Source: a bacterium (lineage in GTDB: Bacteria; UBA8248). From it: a stretch of DNA of 64,000 nt. Under the pieces are notes generated by a model that worked only from the letters and a program-made list of their open reading frames with translations, was not told the origin of the DNA and did no database searches. The position numbers and the translations under genes are program-made. The stretch spans positions 544,001-608,000 of the forward strand of contig OZ242260.1 of NCBI GenBank assembly GCA_965207065.1. The letters run 5' to 3'. The stretch's first letter is position 1; each line of letters begins with the position of its first letter. Positions 19,815 to 29,114 of the stretch are shown piece by piece.

Positions 19815-20999
19815 TTAGCGGTACCGCACAGTGGTGATCTTCCCACCCTTCACAAGTATCTCCCGGTAGTTGCCCGCGCTCTCACCGGGACCTATCAGTT
19901 CGACCGCCGAGGCGCCCACATAATCGACGTCGCCGCCCTTGGCGAGGATCTTGAGCGCCTTGGCCAGTTCACCGGGGTAAATCTTCTCGCCCGGCGCATT
20001 GGCGACCATCATCACCTTGTCCTTGAGCTTCATGCTCTTGCTGGAGCCGGCCGCCTGCATGGCCAGCAGGAGCAGCGCCGCTGCATCGTAGGCTTCGGCC
20101 ACGAACGGGTTGCCCCCCTTGAAGCCGGCCTTCTTGGCCAGTGCGCCGAGTTTCGCCGCGCCAGGGCTGTCCGTACCGGGAACGGTGCCGTAAGAACCAT
20201 CGAGCGCTTTTCCGATCGCTTTCGGCAGGCTGTCACCGATCATCCCGTCCGGCAGCAAGAAGGTTTCGAATGCGCCGGTATCGACGGCCGCCCGTATGAT
20301 GCCTTTGCCGCCCTGGTCCACGTAACCGGCGACGATCAGGACGTCGCCGCCCGCGGCCGAAAGAGCGCCGACTTCCGCCGTGTAGTCCGCCTTGCCGTCT
20401 TCGTGCGCCGCGGAAATCGTAATCTTGCCGCCGACCTTCTTGAAGTTGGTCTTGATGCTGTCAGCCAGGCCCTTGCCGTAGTCGTTGTTGGTATAAGTCA
20501 AGGCCGCTGACTTGACGCCTCTTTCTTTTAAAACGGCGCTGATGACCTGCCCCTGCCGGGCGTCGGAGGGAGCGGTGCGGAAGAACAGCCCGTTGTCCTT
20601 GAGAGTGGACAGAGCCGGGGAAGTCGCCGATGGGGAGATCATAACGACCCCGTTGGGCATGGCCACATTTTGCAATATGGCAATAGTAACGCCCGAGCAA
20701 TCTCCGCCGACGATGGCGTTGACCTTATCGGACGTGACCAGACGCTCGGCCGCCGCCCTGGCGGCAGCGGAATCGGTGCAAGTGGTATCGCCGCGCACCG
20801 AAACCACTTTGGCGCCGCCCAGCAAGGCGCCGCTGTCGGTGACTTCCTTCATCGCCAATTCAGCGCCTTTAGCCATTGGTGGAGTCAAGGATTCGATGGG
20901 GCCCGTATAACCGAAAAGGACGCCCAGTTTGACGGTTTCGGCGCCTGCCGTCACACTTGTGAACAAAACCAACGTCATTGCAACCAGCAATTTTTTCAT
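19815..20999 (-). CDS. livK: ABC transporter substrate-binding protein (LivK/LivJ-like)
   Basis: Signal peptide MKKLLVAMTLVLF, ISPSATSPALS, FFRTAPSD..QG, NNDYGKGL. Confidence 0.88.
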   Translation of the reverse strand: MKKLLVAMTLVLFTSVTAGAETVKLGVLFGYTGPIESLTPPMAKGAELAMKEVTDSGALLGGAKVVSVRGDTTCTDSAAARAAAERLVTSDKVNAIVGGDCSGVTIAILQNVAMPNGVVMISPSATSPALSTLKDNGLFFRTAPSDARQGQVISAVLKERGVKSAALTYTNNDYGKGLADSIKTNFKKVGGKITISAAHEDGKADYTAEVGALSAAGGDVLIVAGYVDQGGKGIIRAAVDTGAFETFLLPDGMIGDSLPKAIGKALDGSYGTVPGTDSPGAAKLGALAKKAGFKGGNPFVAEAYDAAALLLLAMQAAGSSKSMKLKDKVMMVANAPGEKIYPGELAKALKILAKGGDVDYVGASAVELIGPGESAGNYREILVKGGKITTVRYR

Positions 21000-21305
21000 C
21001 GCCTTATCTCCCATTAGGCATTATTCGAAAATGTAATCTAACGATCCGAATGCTCATTGTGATGAAACCGGATTATACACGAACCCAGATAAATGGTCGA
21101 AAAAAATTCTTGAAGACGAGCAATTCCACGCACGCTGTGCGCTGATGACAATAACACCAAGGAATAAAGGGTCTCAAGATGTATGCTTCAGGGTCTGTGC
21201 ACCAAAGGGGCACACAGCGCCGGACGAAGGCGCCGCAGATAACATCCGCAATCTTCTAACGCTCGTATCTTCTTTGACTTCGTGGTGTTTCTCATGATTT
21301 TCAGG

Positions 21306-21382
21306 TGGCACGCCCGGTAGGACTCGAACCTACAACCTTCGGATCCGAAGTCCGACGCTCTATCCAATTGAGCTACGGGCGC
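21306..21382 (-). tRNA. tRNA-Arg(TCG)
   Basis: GCGCCCGTAGCTCAATTGGATAGAGCGTCGGACTTCGGATCCGAAGGTTGTAGGTTCGAGTCCTACCGGGCGTGCCA. Confidence 0.96.
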
Positions 21383-21439
21383 GTGATATCCGTTGGTCTT
21401 GTGCGGAAGCCAGGTCCGCTCAAGAATTTGTAAACGCTT

Positions 21440-21516
21440 TGGGGTGAGTGAGGGGATTTGAACCCCCGACCTCCGGGGCCACAACCCGGCGCTCTAACCA
21501 CTGAGCTACACCCACC
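21440..21516 (-). tRNA. tRNA-His(GTG)
   Basis: GGTGGGTGTAGCTCAGTGGTTAGAGCGCCGGGTTGTGGCCCCGGAGGTCGGGGGTTCAAATCCCCTCACTCACCCCA, including G-1. Confidence 0.96.
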
Positions 21517-21584
21517 ATGCCTTCATCCCCCTCTTCCGCGGTGGCCACGCGTATGGAAAATAGGGTGACGCGATTTCCCTAAAA

Positions 21585-21661
<77 letters not shown>

Positions 21662-22042
21662 CCGACTCGGCGACTTTTCCGTGGCAACCCATTCGCAGGC
21701 GCCGTTTTCCGCCCGAAAGGCAAGAGAAAATAACATAAATCGAGATCGTCAACAATGCCTTGATGAGGAAGCCCATCCTGAAAAAGAGGTCACGATGGGA
21801 AAAGAACAGCTATGCGCTCGGCAGGATTCGGGAAGATGCTGCAGAAGAGGATCATGCAGTCAGGTGAGCAAAAAAACACACGCATGGGGCCTTCCGGCCC
21901 CGCCCCGCGAGCGCCCCCTTCTCCCCAAATTTTTGTATTGTGAAATTAGTATAAGGAAACCGCCGGAAATGTCCAGCGGCGTTGGAGAATTTGCGATTTT
22001 TCCAAGCACTCACACCGAGAGCGATACGGACAATACGAAAAC

Positions 22043-22933
22043 CTACTCCCCCTCGAAGGGTTTTCTGCGCACCCTGCCCTCGCCCACCAAAGCGGCCTTC
22101 ATGAGAAGAACCAGGGTGTTGGTTCTGGGGATGAGGTGGATGAAGCGATCGAGCTTTTGATCGATCACGTCGATCTCACTCTCCGTAAGCCCCATCCCCG
22201 CCACTTGCTGCCTACTCAATTCGACGGCGAAGGGAAATTCCTGGGCGGCTGCCGCCGCTGCGCCTTGCGCCTGCGTGACGGTAATCAGGTATCCCGCTTT
22301 CGCCATCTCTTCTTTCAAGAACGGCCAGACGCGCTCCAGGAAAGCGGGATGATGCCCCAGCGCGCGCCAGACACTGCCCAGCCCGCCGGTCGCCTCGCGT
22401 ATCTCCCTGAATATAGCTCCCAGAGAATCATCGACGCCCACCGGGTCCACGAGATTTTCGGCGCGCATGGTAGCGGGCGGCCCGGTGGGCAGCGCAGAGG
22501 TATCCGCCTCCGAACCGGGGCGGATGCCGCCTATCTTCATGCCGTTGAGCGTGCCCTTGAGCGCCGCGACGAGAATAAGGTTCTTGGGATTCGCGTCATT
22601 GTATATGTCCAGGACGCCGTTGACTGCTTCGATATCCTCTGGTGAGTAGTCGAAGTCGTCTTCCAGTTCTTCCCCTACGTCGGGCACGTCGGGCGGCATG
22701 GGCGGGGCCATGCGCATCCTCAGGTTGTCCGCGCAACGCTCGAAATATGCGATTGAGGCGTTGGGCCTGAGCGCGTCCCAAGCCGCGCAAAAATAATCCT
22801 CATGCACCGCGAGGGTGCGGTAGATGAGGTTCACCTGGGTGCTGCGGAGCACCTGGCGCATATCTTCATAAATCGCCGCGACACGCCCGGTAGCGCGCTC
22901 TTCGGTGATTTCATCGAAAGCGATGGATTTCAT
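22043..22933 (-). CDS. DehI-family (group I haloacid dehalogenase-like) protein
   Basis: 296 aa with internal pseudo-repeat (EITEERATGRVAAIYEDMR..VNLIYRTLA..AAWDALRP versus LGAIFREIREAT..SVWRALG..RVWPFLK) and NPKNL; GAGGGAG RBS. Confidence 0.7.
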   Translation of the reverse strand: MKSIAFDEITEERATGRVAAIYEDMRQVLRSTQVNLIYRTLAVHEDYFCAAWDALRPNASIAYFERCADNLRMRMAPPMPPDVPDVGEELEDDFDYSPEDIEAVNGVLDIYNDANPKNLILVAALKGTLNGMKIGGIRPGSEADTSALPTGPPATMRAENLVDPVGVDDSLGAIFREIREATGGLGSVWRALGHHPAFLERVWPFLKEEMAKAGYLITVTQAQGAAAAAAQEFPFAVELSRQQVAGMGLTESEIDVIDQKLDRFIHLIPRTNTLVLLMKAALVGEGRVRRKPFEGE

Positions 22934-23086
22934 AATCTCCCTCTATATGGCCCGTAAGACGAAAAGCGCAATAGTGCATGGTGAAGCGCAGAAATAATCA
23001 CCCAGAGTATAGGGATGGTGATTAGATGGAACAAGCAGGTTTTTCTCCCGAGACCCTTCTGTTCAAATAATAATTAAAAAAATCAC

Positions 23087-23150
23087 TTGACAAGAAAGTT
23101 GAACAAAATTATATTTGATTTAGTCAAATATTGAGATATGACATATTTGA
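23087..23150 (+). promoter_or_regulatory. Sigma70 promoter with overlapping palindromic operator (probable MarR site)
   Basis: TTGACA (23087)-N17-TATATT (23110); perfect palindrome ATATTTGA-N5-TCAAATAT at 23111-23131; extra half-site ATATTTGA at 23143. Confidence 0.75.
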
Positions 23151-23233
23151 TAAATACTACAAAAAGCACAGTATGGCGCATAGAGTCAGCCGAATAAATT
23201 CGGAAACAAAAATATAGAGGAGTTCAGAACAGA

Positions 23234-23719
23234 ATGAACACTACGTCGCAAACCTGTTGCGAGGGCACGGCGCTCGAAACACACGACCTCGGCGCGCGTC
23301 TTCACGTGGCGCTCGATGGTCTCCTTCATCTGAAAAAACCCGCCGACAGGGAGGCGGTGTGCCGCCACGACATCACCCACAACCAGTGGACTCTCCTCCA
23401 CATGCTCGCAGGCGCTGAAGCGGAACCCCTCCCCATGGGAGTCATCGCCAGACGAATGCGCCTCACCCCGAGCGGCGTTACGCGCTGCGCTGACCCGCTC
23501 GTCGAGCGCGGCCTGATAGAGCGCTGCATGAAGGCAGGAGACCGCCGCGTGTGCTGCCTGAGTCTGAGCGAGGCGGGAGTGGCGCTTCATGGGACTATCT
23601 CGGAAAGCTGCGCGCTCGAGGACGGCGCGCTTCTGGATAAATTCTCCCCTGCGGAGAAAGAAGAGATCGTCCGCGCGATAGAAAAACTCGCGCGCGCCGC
23701 CGAGGAGTTATCTTCATGA
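23234..23719 (+). CDS. Cysteine-rich MarR family transcriptional regulator
   Basis: ITHNQWTLL, LTPSGVTR..D.LVERGLIER, DRR wing motif; 8 Cys including CC pairs at the N-terminus and in DRRVCC. Confidence 0.85.
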   Translation: MNTTSQTCCEGTALETHDLGARLHVALDGLLHLKKPADREAVCRHDITHNQWTLLHMLAGAEAEPLPMGVIARRMRLTPSGVTRCADPLVERGLIERCMKAGDRRVCCLSLSEAGVALHGTISESCALEDGALLDKFSPAEKEEIVRAIEKLARAAEELSS

Positions 23720-24813
23720 TCACCGAAGTGAAATCAACGCCTGCCGCTGATAACCTTGCATCGTCCACCGAGGAAGCCTCCTGCTGCGCGCCGGAGCCGA
23801 AAGCCAAGTGGACTTCCCCCTACCTGTGGGGCTTCCTATCGATAGGCGCGCTATTTGCGCTCATCCTTTGGGCGGGAGCGGAACGAGAGATTTCCGCCGG
23901 TCTCATCACCGCCGAGATCAAGCGAAACATCTTATTCATGCTGAACAGCTTCTGGGGCATCGCGCCCTTTTTCCTCCTGAGCGTGGGGGTCTCGGCGTGG
24001 GTCACCGTCGCCGGGTACGCGGACAAGATAAAAGCGGTGTTCGACAAGCGCCAGGGCATGGCCATCGCCAGCGCTTCCGCAGTGGGCGCCGTGGTTCCGT
24101 TTTGCTCCTGCGGCGTCATCCCCCTGATCGCCGCCATGCTGGCAAGCGGCGTACCGCTTGGACCCGTGATGGCCTTCTGGATCAGTTCGCCCCTGATGAG
24201 TCCTGAGAAATTCGTGCTGACAGCGGGCGTTCTGGGCACGGACTACGCCGTAGCGCGGCTCGTCAGCGCGGTTGTTTTGGGTGCCGCCGCAGGCTACGCC
24301 ACCTACCTCATCGGGCGAAGCGGAAGGCTCGACGGGGAACTCAGGAGCATCGTTGCGCCGGGTGCGCAAGAAACCCAAGGTGAAACCCGGATGCACAGGC
24401 CGTCTTTGAGCGGCTTCGCCACTCAGGCGAGCAGCGTGGGCCTTTACCTCGCCAAGTGGCTGGCGGTGGCGTTTTTCCTGGAAGCGCTCATCGTTCACTA
24501 CGTCGACCCCGCGTGGATAGGCGCGATACTCGGCAAAGACAACCCCTGGTCGATCCCCCTGGCGAGCGCGGTGGGAATACCGCTCTACACATCGGGCGTC
24601 GCCGCCATCCCCATCACCAAGGGACTCCTTGCCGCCGGCATGGGCGGGGGCGCTGCCATGGCATTTCTCATCGCGGGTCCCGTCACGTGCGTACCCGCCA
24701 TGGCCGGCGTGTGGGCGTTGGTGAAGCGTAAAGTTTTCGCCATCTATCTGGCGACGGGCATCGTTGGCTCGCTAGTCGCGGGATTCGCCTTTCAGCTTCT
24801 CGTCCGGTCTTGA
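23716..24813 (+). CDS. ArsP/DUF318 family permease
   Basis: PFCSCGVIP, GVPLGPVMAF..SSP, GIPLY, AMAFLIAGP; ATGA coupling to marR. Confidence 0.88.
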   Translation: MITEVKSTPAADNLASSTEEASCCAPEPKAKWTSPYLWGFLSIGALFALILWAGAEREISAGLITAEIKRNILFMLNSFWGIAPFFLLSVGVSAWVTVAGYADKIKAVFDKRQGMAIASASAVGAVVPFCSCGVIPLIAAMLASGVPLGPVMAFWISSPLMSPEKFVLTAGVLGTDYAVARLVSAVVLGAAAGYATYLIGRSGRLDGELRSIVAPGAQETQGETRMHRPSLSGFATQASSVGLYLAKWLAVAFFLEALIVHYVDPAWIGAILGKDNPWSIPLASAVGIPLYTSGVAAIPITKGLLAAGMGGGAAMAFLIAGPVTCVPAMAGVWALVKRKVFAIYLATGIVGSLVAGFAFQLLVRS

Positions 24814-24820
24814 GGCTTCA

Positions 24821-24852
24821 GGCCCCCCGTCCTCGGGGGGTCTTCGCTTTTT
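24821..24852 (+). terminator. Probable intrinsic terminator
   Basis: GGCCCCCCG-TCCT-CGGGGGGTC followed by TTCGCTTTTT. Confidence 0.6.
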
Positions 24853-24951
24853 CCCTATCAACAATCCCCTTGCTCCTCTCGACAAGATGCGCTCGTGGCC
24901 GTAATCTCCCAGAAAATTCACGAGATATTTCTACCCTGGAGACATGCGAAA

Positions 24952-25809
24952 ATGCCGATATCCCTTCACGCCGCCGAGTACTCTGAACCAAGCCAAATGA
25001 GCGTTGGCTACGTCATCACCACGCCCGAGGTGCGCTCGCCCCTGATGCCGGGCGTGCGCGGGGATTTCGGCGAAAACCTGGGCGTCCTCAAGGAATTGGG
25101 CTACGACACTTTGGAGGTCGCCATGCGCGACCCCGAGGACCCCGACGCACAGGGGGTGGAGGCGGAAATCGCACGCTCGGGCTTTTCGGTGACGATGATA
25201 GGTTCGGCCCCCAGCGAGCTTCAGGACGGGGTGATGATGTGCCACCCCGACGCCGAGATCCGTGATGCGGGCGCCGCCCGGCTGCGCTCGCTTATCGATG
25301 CGGGTGAGAAACTCGGCGCCCTCGGCGTGAACATCGGCCGGTTCCGCGGCACGTGCATTCCCGGCGAGATGTGGGAGACCTCGAACGGCTGGATGCGCGA
25401 CGCCATGCGCGCGGGTGCCGACTACGCCGCTGCGCGCGGCATGAAAATCTACATCGAACCCTACAACCGCTACGAGACCAACTTCATCAACACCGTGCGC
25501 CAGGGGATGGAATACGTGAAGGAGGAGAACCACGCCGGCCTCGCGCTGATGATCGACAGCTGCTGGATGAATTCCGAGGACGCCTCCATCCCCGGGGCCA
25601 TCTTCGCCGCGCGCGATTGGATAGAATACGTGCACGTGGCCGATTCCACGCGCGGCTATCCGGGTTCGGCCCACATCCACTTCGGCGACTTCATCCGCGC
25701 GCTGCGCGAGATCGGCTACGAGGGCGTGCTATCGGTGCAGATCGACCAGAAGCCCGCCTTCCGGGTCGCGGCGGAGCGGAGTATCCGGCTGCTCAGGTGT
25801 TTTTTGTGA
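24952..25809 (+). CDS. Sugar phosphate isomerase/epimerase (xylose isomerase-like TIM barrel)
   Basis: IEPYNRYETNFIN, D..WMN.E, YVHVADSTRGYPG, L.EIGYEG. Confidence 0.85.
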   Translation: MPISLHAAEYSEPSQMSVGYVITTPEVRSPLMPGVRGDFGENLGVLKELGYDTLEVAMRDPEDPDAQGVEAEIARSGFSVTMIGSAPSELQDGVMMCHPDAEIRDAGAARLRSLIDAGEKLGALGVNIGRFRGTCIPGEMWETSNGWMRDAMRAGADYAAARGMKIYIEPYNRYETNFINTVRQGMEYVKEENHAGLALMIDSCWMNSEDASIPGAIFAARDWIEYVHVADSTRGYPGSAHIHFGDFIRALREIGYEGVLSVQIDQKPAFRVAAERSIRLLRCFL

Positions 25810-25903
25810 CGCGAGGTTTTCGGATAGGTATCAGGTAACGGGAGAGACAGCGTGCAACCCCGCCGAGGCAGATACCGGAGTGAACCCGCACCACCCTTCT
25901 CTT

Positions 25904-26221
25904 CTAAATCGCACGCGGCAATGCGGCTTGAGACGGTGGATTTTCCCTCGTAGGCAGAAGGCGGATATTATCGCCTGATTCTTCCTCGGCGCAGGCGAGC
26001 TCAAAATGCGCCTGCAGGTTGAGCCAAAACTCGGGTGCGACGCCGAACCAGTGGCCCAGACGCAGGGCCGTATCCCCGGTGATTGCTCTCTTCCCGTTGA
26101 TGATCTGACTCACCCGATTGGGCGGCACGCTGATCTGGCGCGCGAATTCGGTGGGCGTGACGCCGAGATCCGTCAATTCGTCCTTAAAAATCCCGCTAGG
26201 ATGAACGGCTCGCTTGAGCAC
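25904..26221 (-). CDS. higA: HigA family antitoxin (no adjacent HigB)
   Basis: VHP, VPPNRVSQIINGKRAITGDTALRLG..FG..PEFWLNLQ. Confidence 0.9.
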   Translation of the reverse strand: MLKRAVHPSGIFKDELTDLGVTPTEFARQISVPPNRVSQIINGKRAITGDTALRLGHWFGVAPEFWLNLQAHFELACAEEESGDNIRLLPTRENPPSQAALPRAI

Positions 26222-26234
26222 CTGTGTTTCTCCT

Positions 26235-26699
26235 TTACTTCTCGCATTCCCCTTTCGCGAGCTTGGTGGCGATGTGGGCCGGAAAGGCGGGGAAGATCTC
26301 GATGAGCCTTTTCTCCTTCTCGTCGCGGACTACGACGGTGTGCGAATGCCTCCTCGACAGGAAAAACCCAGTGAGGCGAAAACGCCCGAAGGGCTGCCAG
26401 GTGAGGATGAAAGGATAGGTGACGGATTTTTCCTTGTTGAAGGGCCGCGTGATGAGGAGTTCCCCTTCGCCTCCTATGGGGTAGGCCAGCTTCTTGAACT
26501 CGCCCTTTTTGCGCTCCACCAGCCAGACGGCCAGATCGCGCTTGTCGGCCGGAAGCGTGATGCGAACCTTCTGCTCCACCTTGTAGCCGTTCAGGATAGT
26601 ATAGCTCACCCGGCAGTTGAACACGCTTTCCACGTTTGTCTCTGCGCTTGCGGAGACAACAGAAGCGAGCACTGCAATGACACAAACGATGCGCTTCAT
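26235..26699 (-). CDS. Hypothetical exported protein
   Basis: Signal peptide MKRIVCVIAVLASVVSASA; GAGG RBS; no recognised domain. Confidence 0.65.
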   Translation of the reverse strand: MKRIVCVIAVLASVVSASAETNVESVFNCRVSYTILNGYKVEQKVRITLPADKRDLAVWLVERKKGEFKKLAYPIGGEGELLITRPFNKEKSVTYPFILTWQPFGRFRLTGFFLSRRHSHTVVVRDEKEKRLIEIFPAFPAHIATKLAKGECEK

Positions 26700-26842
26700 G
26701 CGGAAACCTCGGAAGTGGAGGGGTCGCATCCGGTAACAAACAGGTCACATTATGGACGATTCTAGCGGATGATTTCCAGCGGGGGCCTCAGAAGGGTAGG
26801 GCTGACACCCTCTGCTATGAAATACAATAGCCTCCCCACAAC

Positions 26843-26878
26843 AAAAACGCCCCGGAGCCGATGCCCCGGGGCGATTTT
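26843..26878 (-). terminator. Intrinsic terminator (possibly bidirectional) after the AhpD-like gene
   Basis: AAAAA-CGCCCCGG...CCGGGGCG-ATTTT. Confidence 0.7.
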
Positions 26879-26891
26879 GATCGGAAGGAGT

Positions 26892-27569
26892 TCAGCCGTT
26901 CCTGTTCGGGTCCTGGGCGTCTGGTTCAGGGTACTCGTTCGGCCAGTGGTCGACTATCGTCTTGTAGTAGGTCTTGACCTTCCCGCCGTCCAAATAGAGG
27001 GATTTCTTGATCTTGTCGACTTCCTTTTGCTCCTCGAGCGGGATGCCGAGTGAATCCATGAAGCGGTTGAAGAGGTTGAACAGCCCGCTCACCATCGTGA
27101 GTTCGACGATTTCGGCTTCGGAGAAGTGTTTGCGCACCTCCTCGAAAACGTCGTTTTTCGAGCGCGCCGTGTTGAGCGTTACGTGCTCCGCCCACAGGAT
27201 GGCCGCCTTCTCGCGCGGGGTGAATAAATCCGATTCCATGTAGGCGTCCGTGCTGATGACTTCCACCTGCTCGGGGCTGATGCCGGCCGCTTGACCAAGC
27301 GACGTGTTGTGCGCGTATCAGTAGGCGCACCCGTTGAGATGGCTCGTCTTGATGACAACCATCTCCTTGACCTTCGTCTTGAGGATGCTGCCCCCGCCCT
27401 CGCGCTGGAGCGTCGCGATAAAGGGCAGCATGGCCTTGGCGACGTGGGGGGTCTTGGCCAGCACCCGCATCGAATGCGGCACGCGGCCCAGCATGGCGGT
27501 GGTGGCATCGTAGAGGCGGGCCACGTCGCCGTCCGCCTCCTCGGGCTGAATCATCTCGATCCTGGACAT
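26892..27569 (-). CDS. AhpD/carboxymuconolactone decarboxylase-like selenoprotein (225 aa, Sec84)
   Basis: The 83-aa and 124-aa ORFs are in one frame joined by TGA at 27320-27318: KTSHLNGCAY-U-YAHNTSLG gives the AhpD CxxC-xxH motif as CxxU; downstream TPREKAAILWAEHVT..FSEAEIVELT..FNRF is the CMD C-terminal half. Confidence 0.88.
27286..27303 (-). promoter_or_regulatory. Putative bacterial SECIS hairpin
   Basis: GTCGCTT-GGTC-AAGCGGC; loop starts 21 nt after the UGA and begins with GG. Confidence 0.75.
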
Positions 27570-27676
27570 ACCTGATATCTCCTGTCTGCGCGTCCCATGA
27601 GAAAACGGACGCCTTGTTCATCACTGGCCGCCATCACGGCTCGGCGGCCACAATCAAATAACATTAACTGTGTGCA

Positions 27677-28279
27677 TTATGCCCCATCCGTCGCCTCGCG
27701 GGCCAGCCACGCGCGGAACCCCGCGAGCGCGAGACCCCGGTGGCTGATGCGGTTTTTCACATCGAGCGGAAGCTCCGAGACGGCGCAGCCGTGCTCGGGC
27801 AGATACATGAGCGGGTCGTAGCCGAAACCACCCTCCCCTTGCGGCGCACGCAGTATTCGCCCGTGCATTGCACCCTCGAAAAAACCGAACCAGCCATCCG
27901 GCTTAACGTATGCAAGCACGCAGGCGTAGCGCGCGCCGCGCTCAGCATCTGAAACCTCGCGCATCCGCTCGAGCAAGAGCGCGTTCCGCCCCGAATCGTC
28001 CAGTCCATCACCGCCGAAACGGGCGGATCGAACGCCAAGCTCACCGGGCAGCGCATCCACCTCCACGCCCGAATCATCGGCGAGGGCAGGCATTCCGCTC
28101 GCCTCGCATGCGGCCCGCGCCTTGATAAGCGCGTTTTCCGCATAGGTGGAGCCGGTTTCCTCGGCGTCGAACACGATGCCCGCCTCATCGGGGAGAAGGA
28201 GTTCGACGTTCATACCCTCAAGGGCGGCGCGCACCTCGCGCGCTTTTCCGGGATTTCCACTCGCGAGAACGATTTTCAT
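27677..28279 (-). CDS. rdgB: Non-canonical purine NTP pyrophosphatase (RdgB/HAM1)
   Basis: LASGNPGK, ETGSTYAENA..KA, ADDSG, GFGYDP, KNRISHRG; ATGA coupling to rph. Confidence 0.95.
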   Translation of the reverse strand: MKIVLASGNPGKAREVRAALEGMNVELLLPDEAGIVFDAEETGSTYAENALIKARAACEASGMPALADDSGVEVDALPGELGVRSARFGGDGLDDSGRNALLLERMREVSDAERGARYACVLAYVKPDGWFGFFEGAMHGRILRAPQGEGGFGYDPLMYLPEHGCAVSELPLDVKNRISHRGLALAGFRAWLAREATDGA

Positions 28280-29013
28280 TTGGCGCCGACGTGTTTCGCC
28301 TGAATCTCCAGGAGTTCCCGTATGCCTTTTTCCGCCAGAGCGACCAAGCGGTTCAGATCGCTCTTTCGAAACGGGGTCTGCTCGGCCGTTCCCTGAAGCT
28401 CCACGAAACGGCCGCCGCCGGTCATCACGACGTTCATGTCCACCTCGGCGGTCGAGTCTTCCGAGTAGTCCAAATCCAGCATGGGGACGCCCCCGACCAC
28501 GCCAACGCTCACGGCGGCCACTGCCTCGCGGACCGGTGATTCGGCGATGCGCCCCTCCGCGAGAAGGGCATTCACAGCACGGACAAGCGCAACGTATCCT
28601 CCCGTGATGGCGGCGCACCGCGTACCGCCGTCCGCCTGAATGACGTCGCAGTCGATGTATACTGTCAGTCCCTCAATTTTCGAGAGGTCCACGACCGAGC
28701 GCATCGAACGCCCGATAAGCCTTTGAATCTCCTGGCTGCGGCCGGCGCGCGCGCGGCCTCTGTCCACCCGCCAGGGAGAGCTGCCCGGCAGCATGGCGTA
28801 TTCGGCCGTCACCCATCCCTCGCCCGAATCACGCTTGTGGGGCGGCACGCGTCCCTCTACCGAGGCGGCGCACAGGACCCTCGTATCTCCCACAGAGATG
28901 AGGCAGCTTCCCGCGCAGGTTTTCACGTAATCAGGCTCCACGCTCACTTTCCGGTTCTCATCGGGTAGCCTCCCGTCTGCGCGCACCTTATCGCCCATCA
29001 TTTTTCTCGCCAT
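28276..29013 (-). CDS. rph: Ribonuclease PH
   Basis: GWVTAEYAMLP, EIQRLIGRS, CDVIQADGGTRCAAITG signature, DLDYSEDS. Confidence 0.97.
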   Translation of the reverse strand: MARKMMGDKVRADGRLPDENRKVSVEPDYVKTCAGSCLISVGDTRVLCAASVEGRVPPHKRDSGEGWVTAEYAMLPGSSPWRVDRGRARAGRSQEIQRLIGRSMRSVVDLSKIEGLTVYIDCDVIQADGGTRCAAITGGYVALVRAVNALLAEGRIAESPVREAVAAVSVGVVGGVPMLDLDYSEDSTAEVDMNVVMTGGGRFVELQGTAEQTPFRKSDLNRLVALAEKGIRELLEIQAKHVGAK

Positions 29014-29114
29014 GCTCTCTCCTATCGAAAACGAACCATCTTCCAGACGGAGTGGATACTACGGGGATTTTACGCGCGAATCCAGAGAGCACTGGACGGA
29101 GCTCCCGAGTGGTT

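Noticed and set aside
15695-21305. Prophage or integrase-borne island at the tRNA genes
   Set aside because: No integrase, phage genes or duplicated tRNA 3' end were seen.
26892-27569. Two separate genes or a nonsense pseudogene
   Set aside because: The stop is TGA at a catalytic Cys position with a SECIS-like hairpin, and selD is present.
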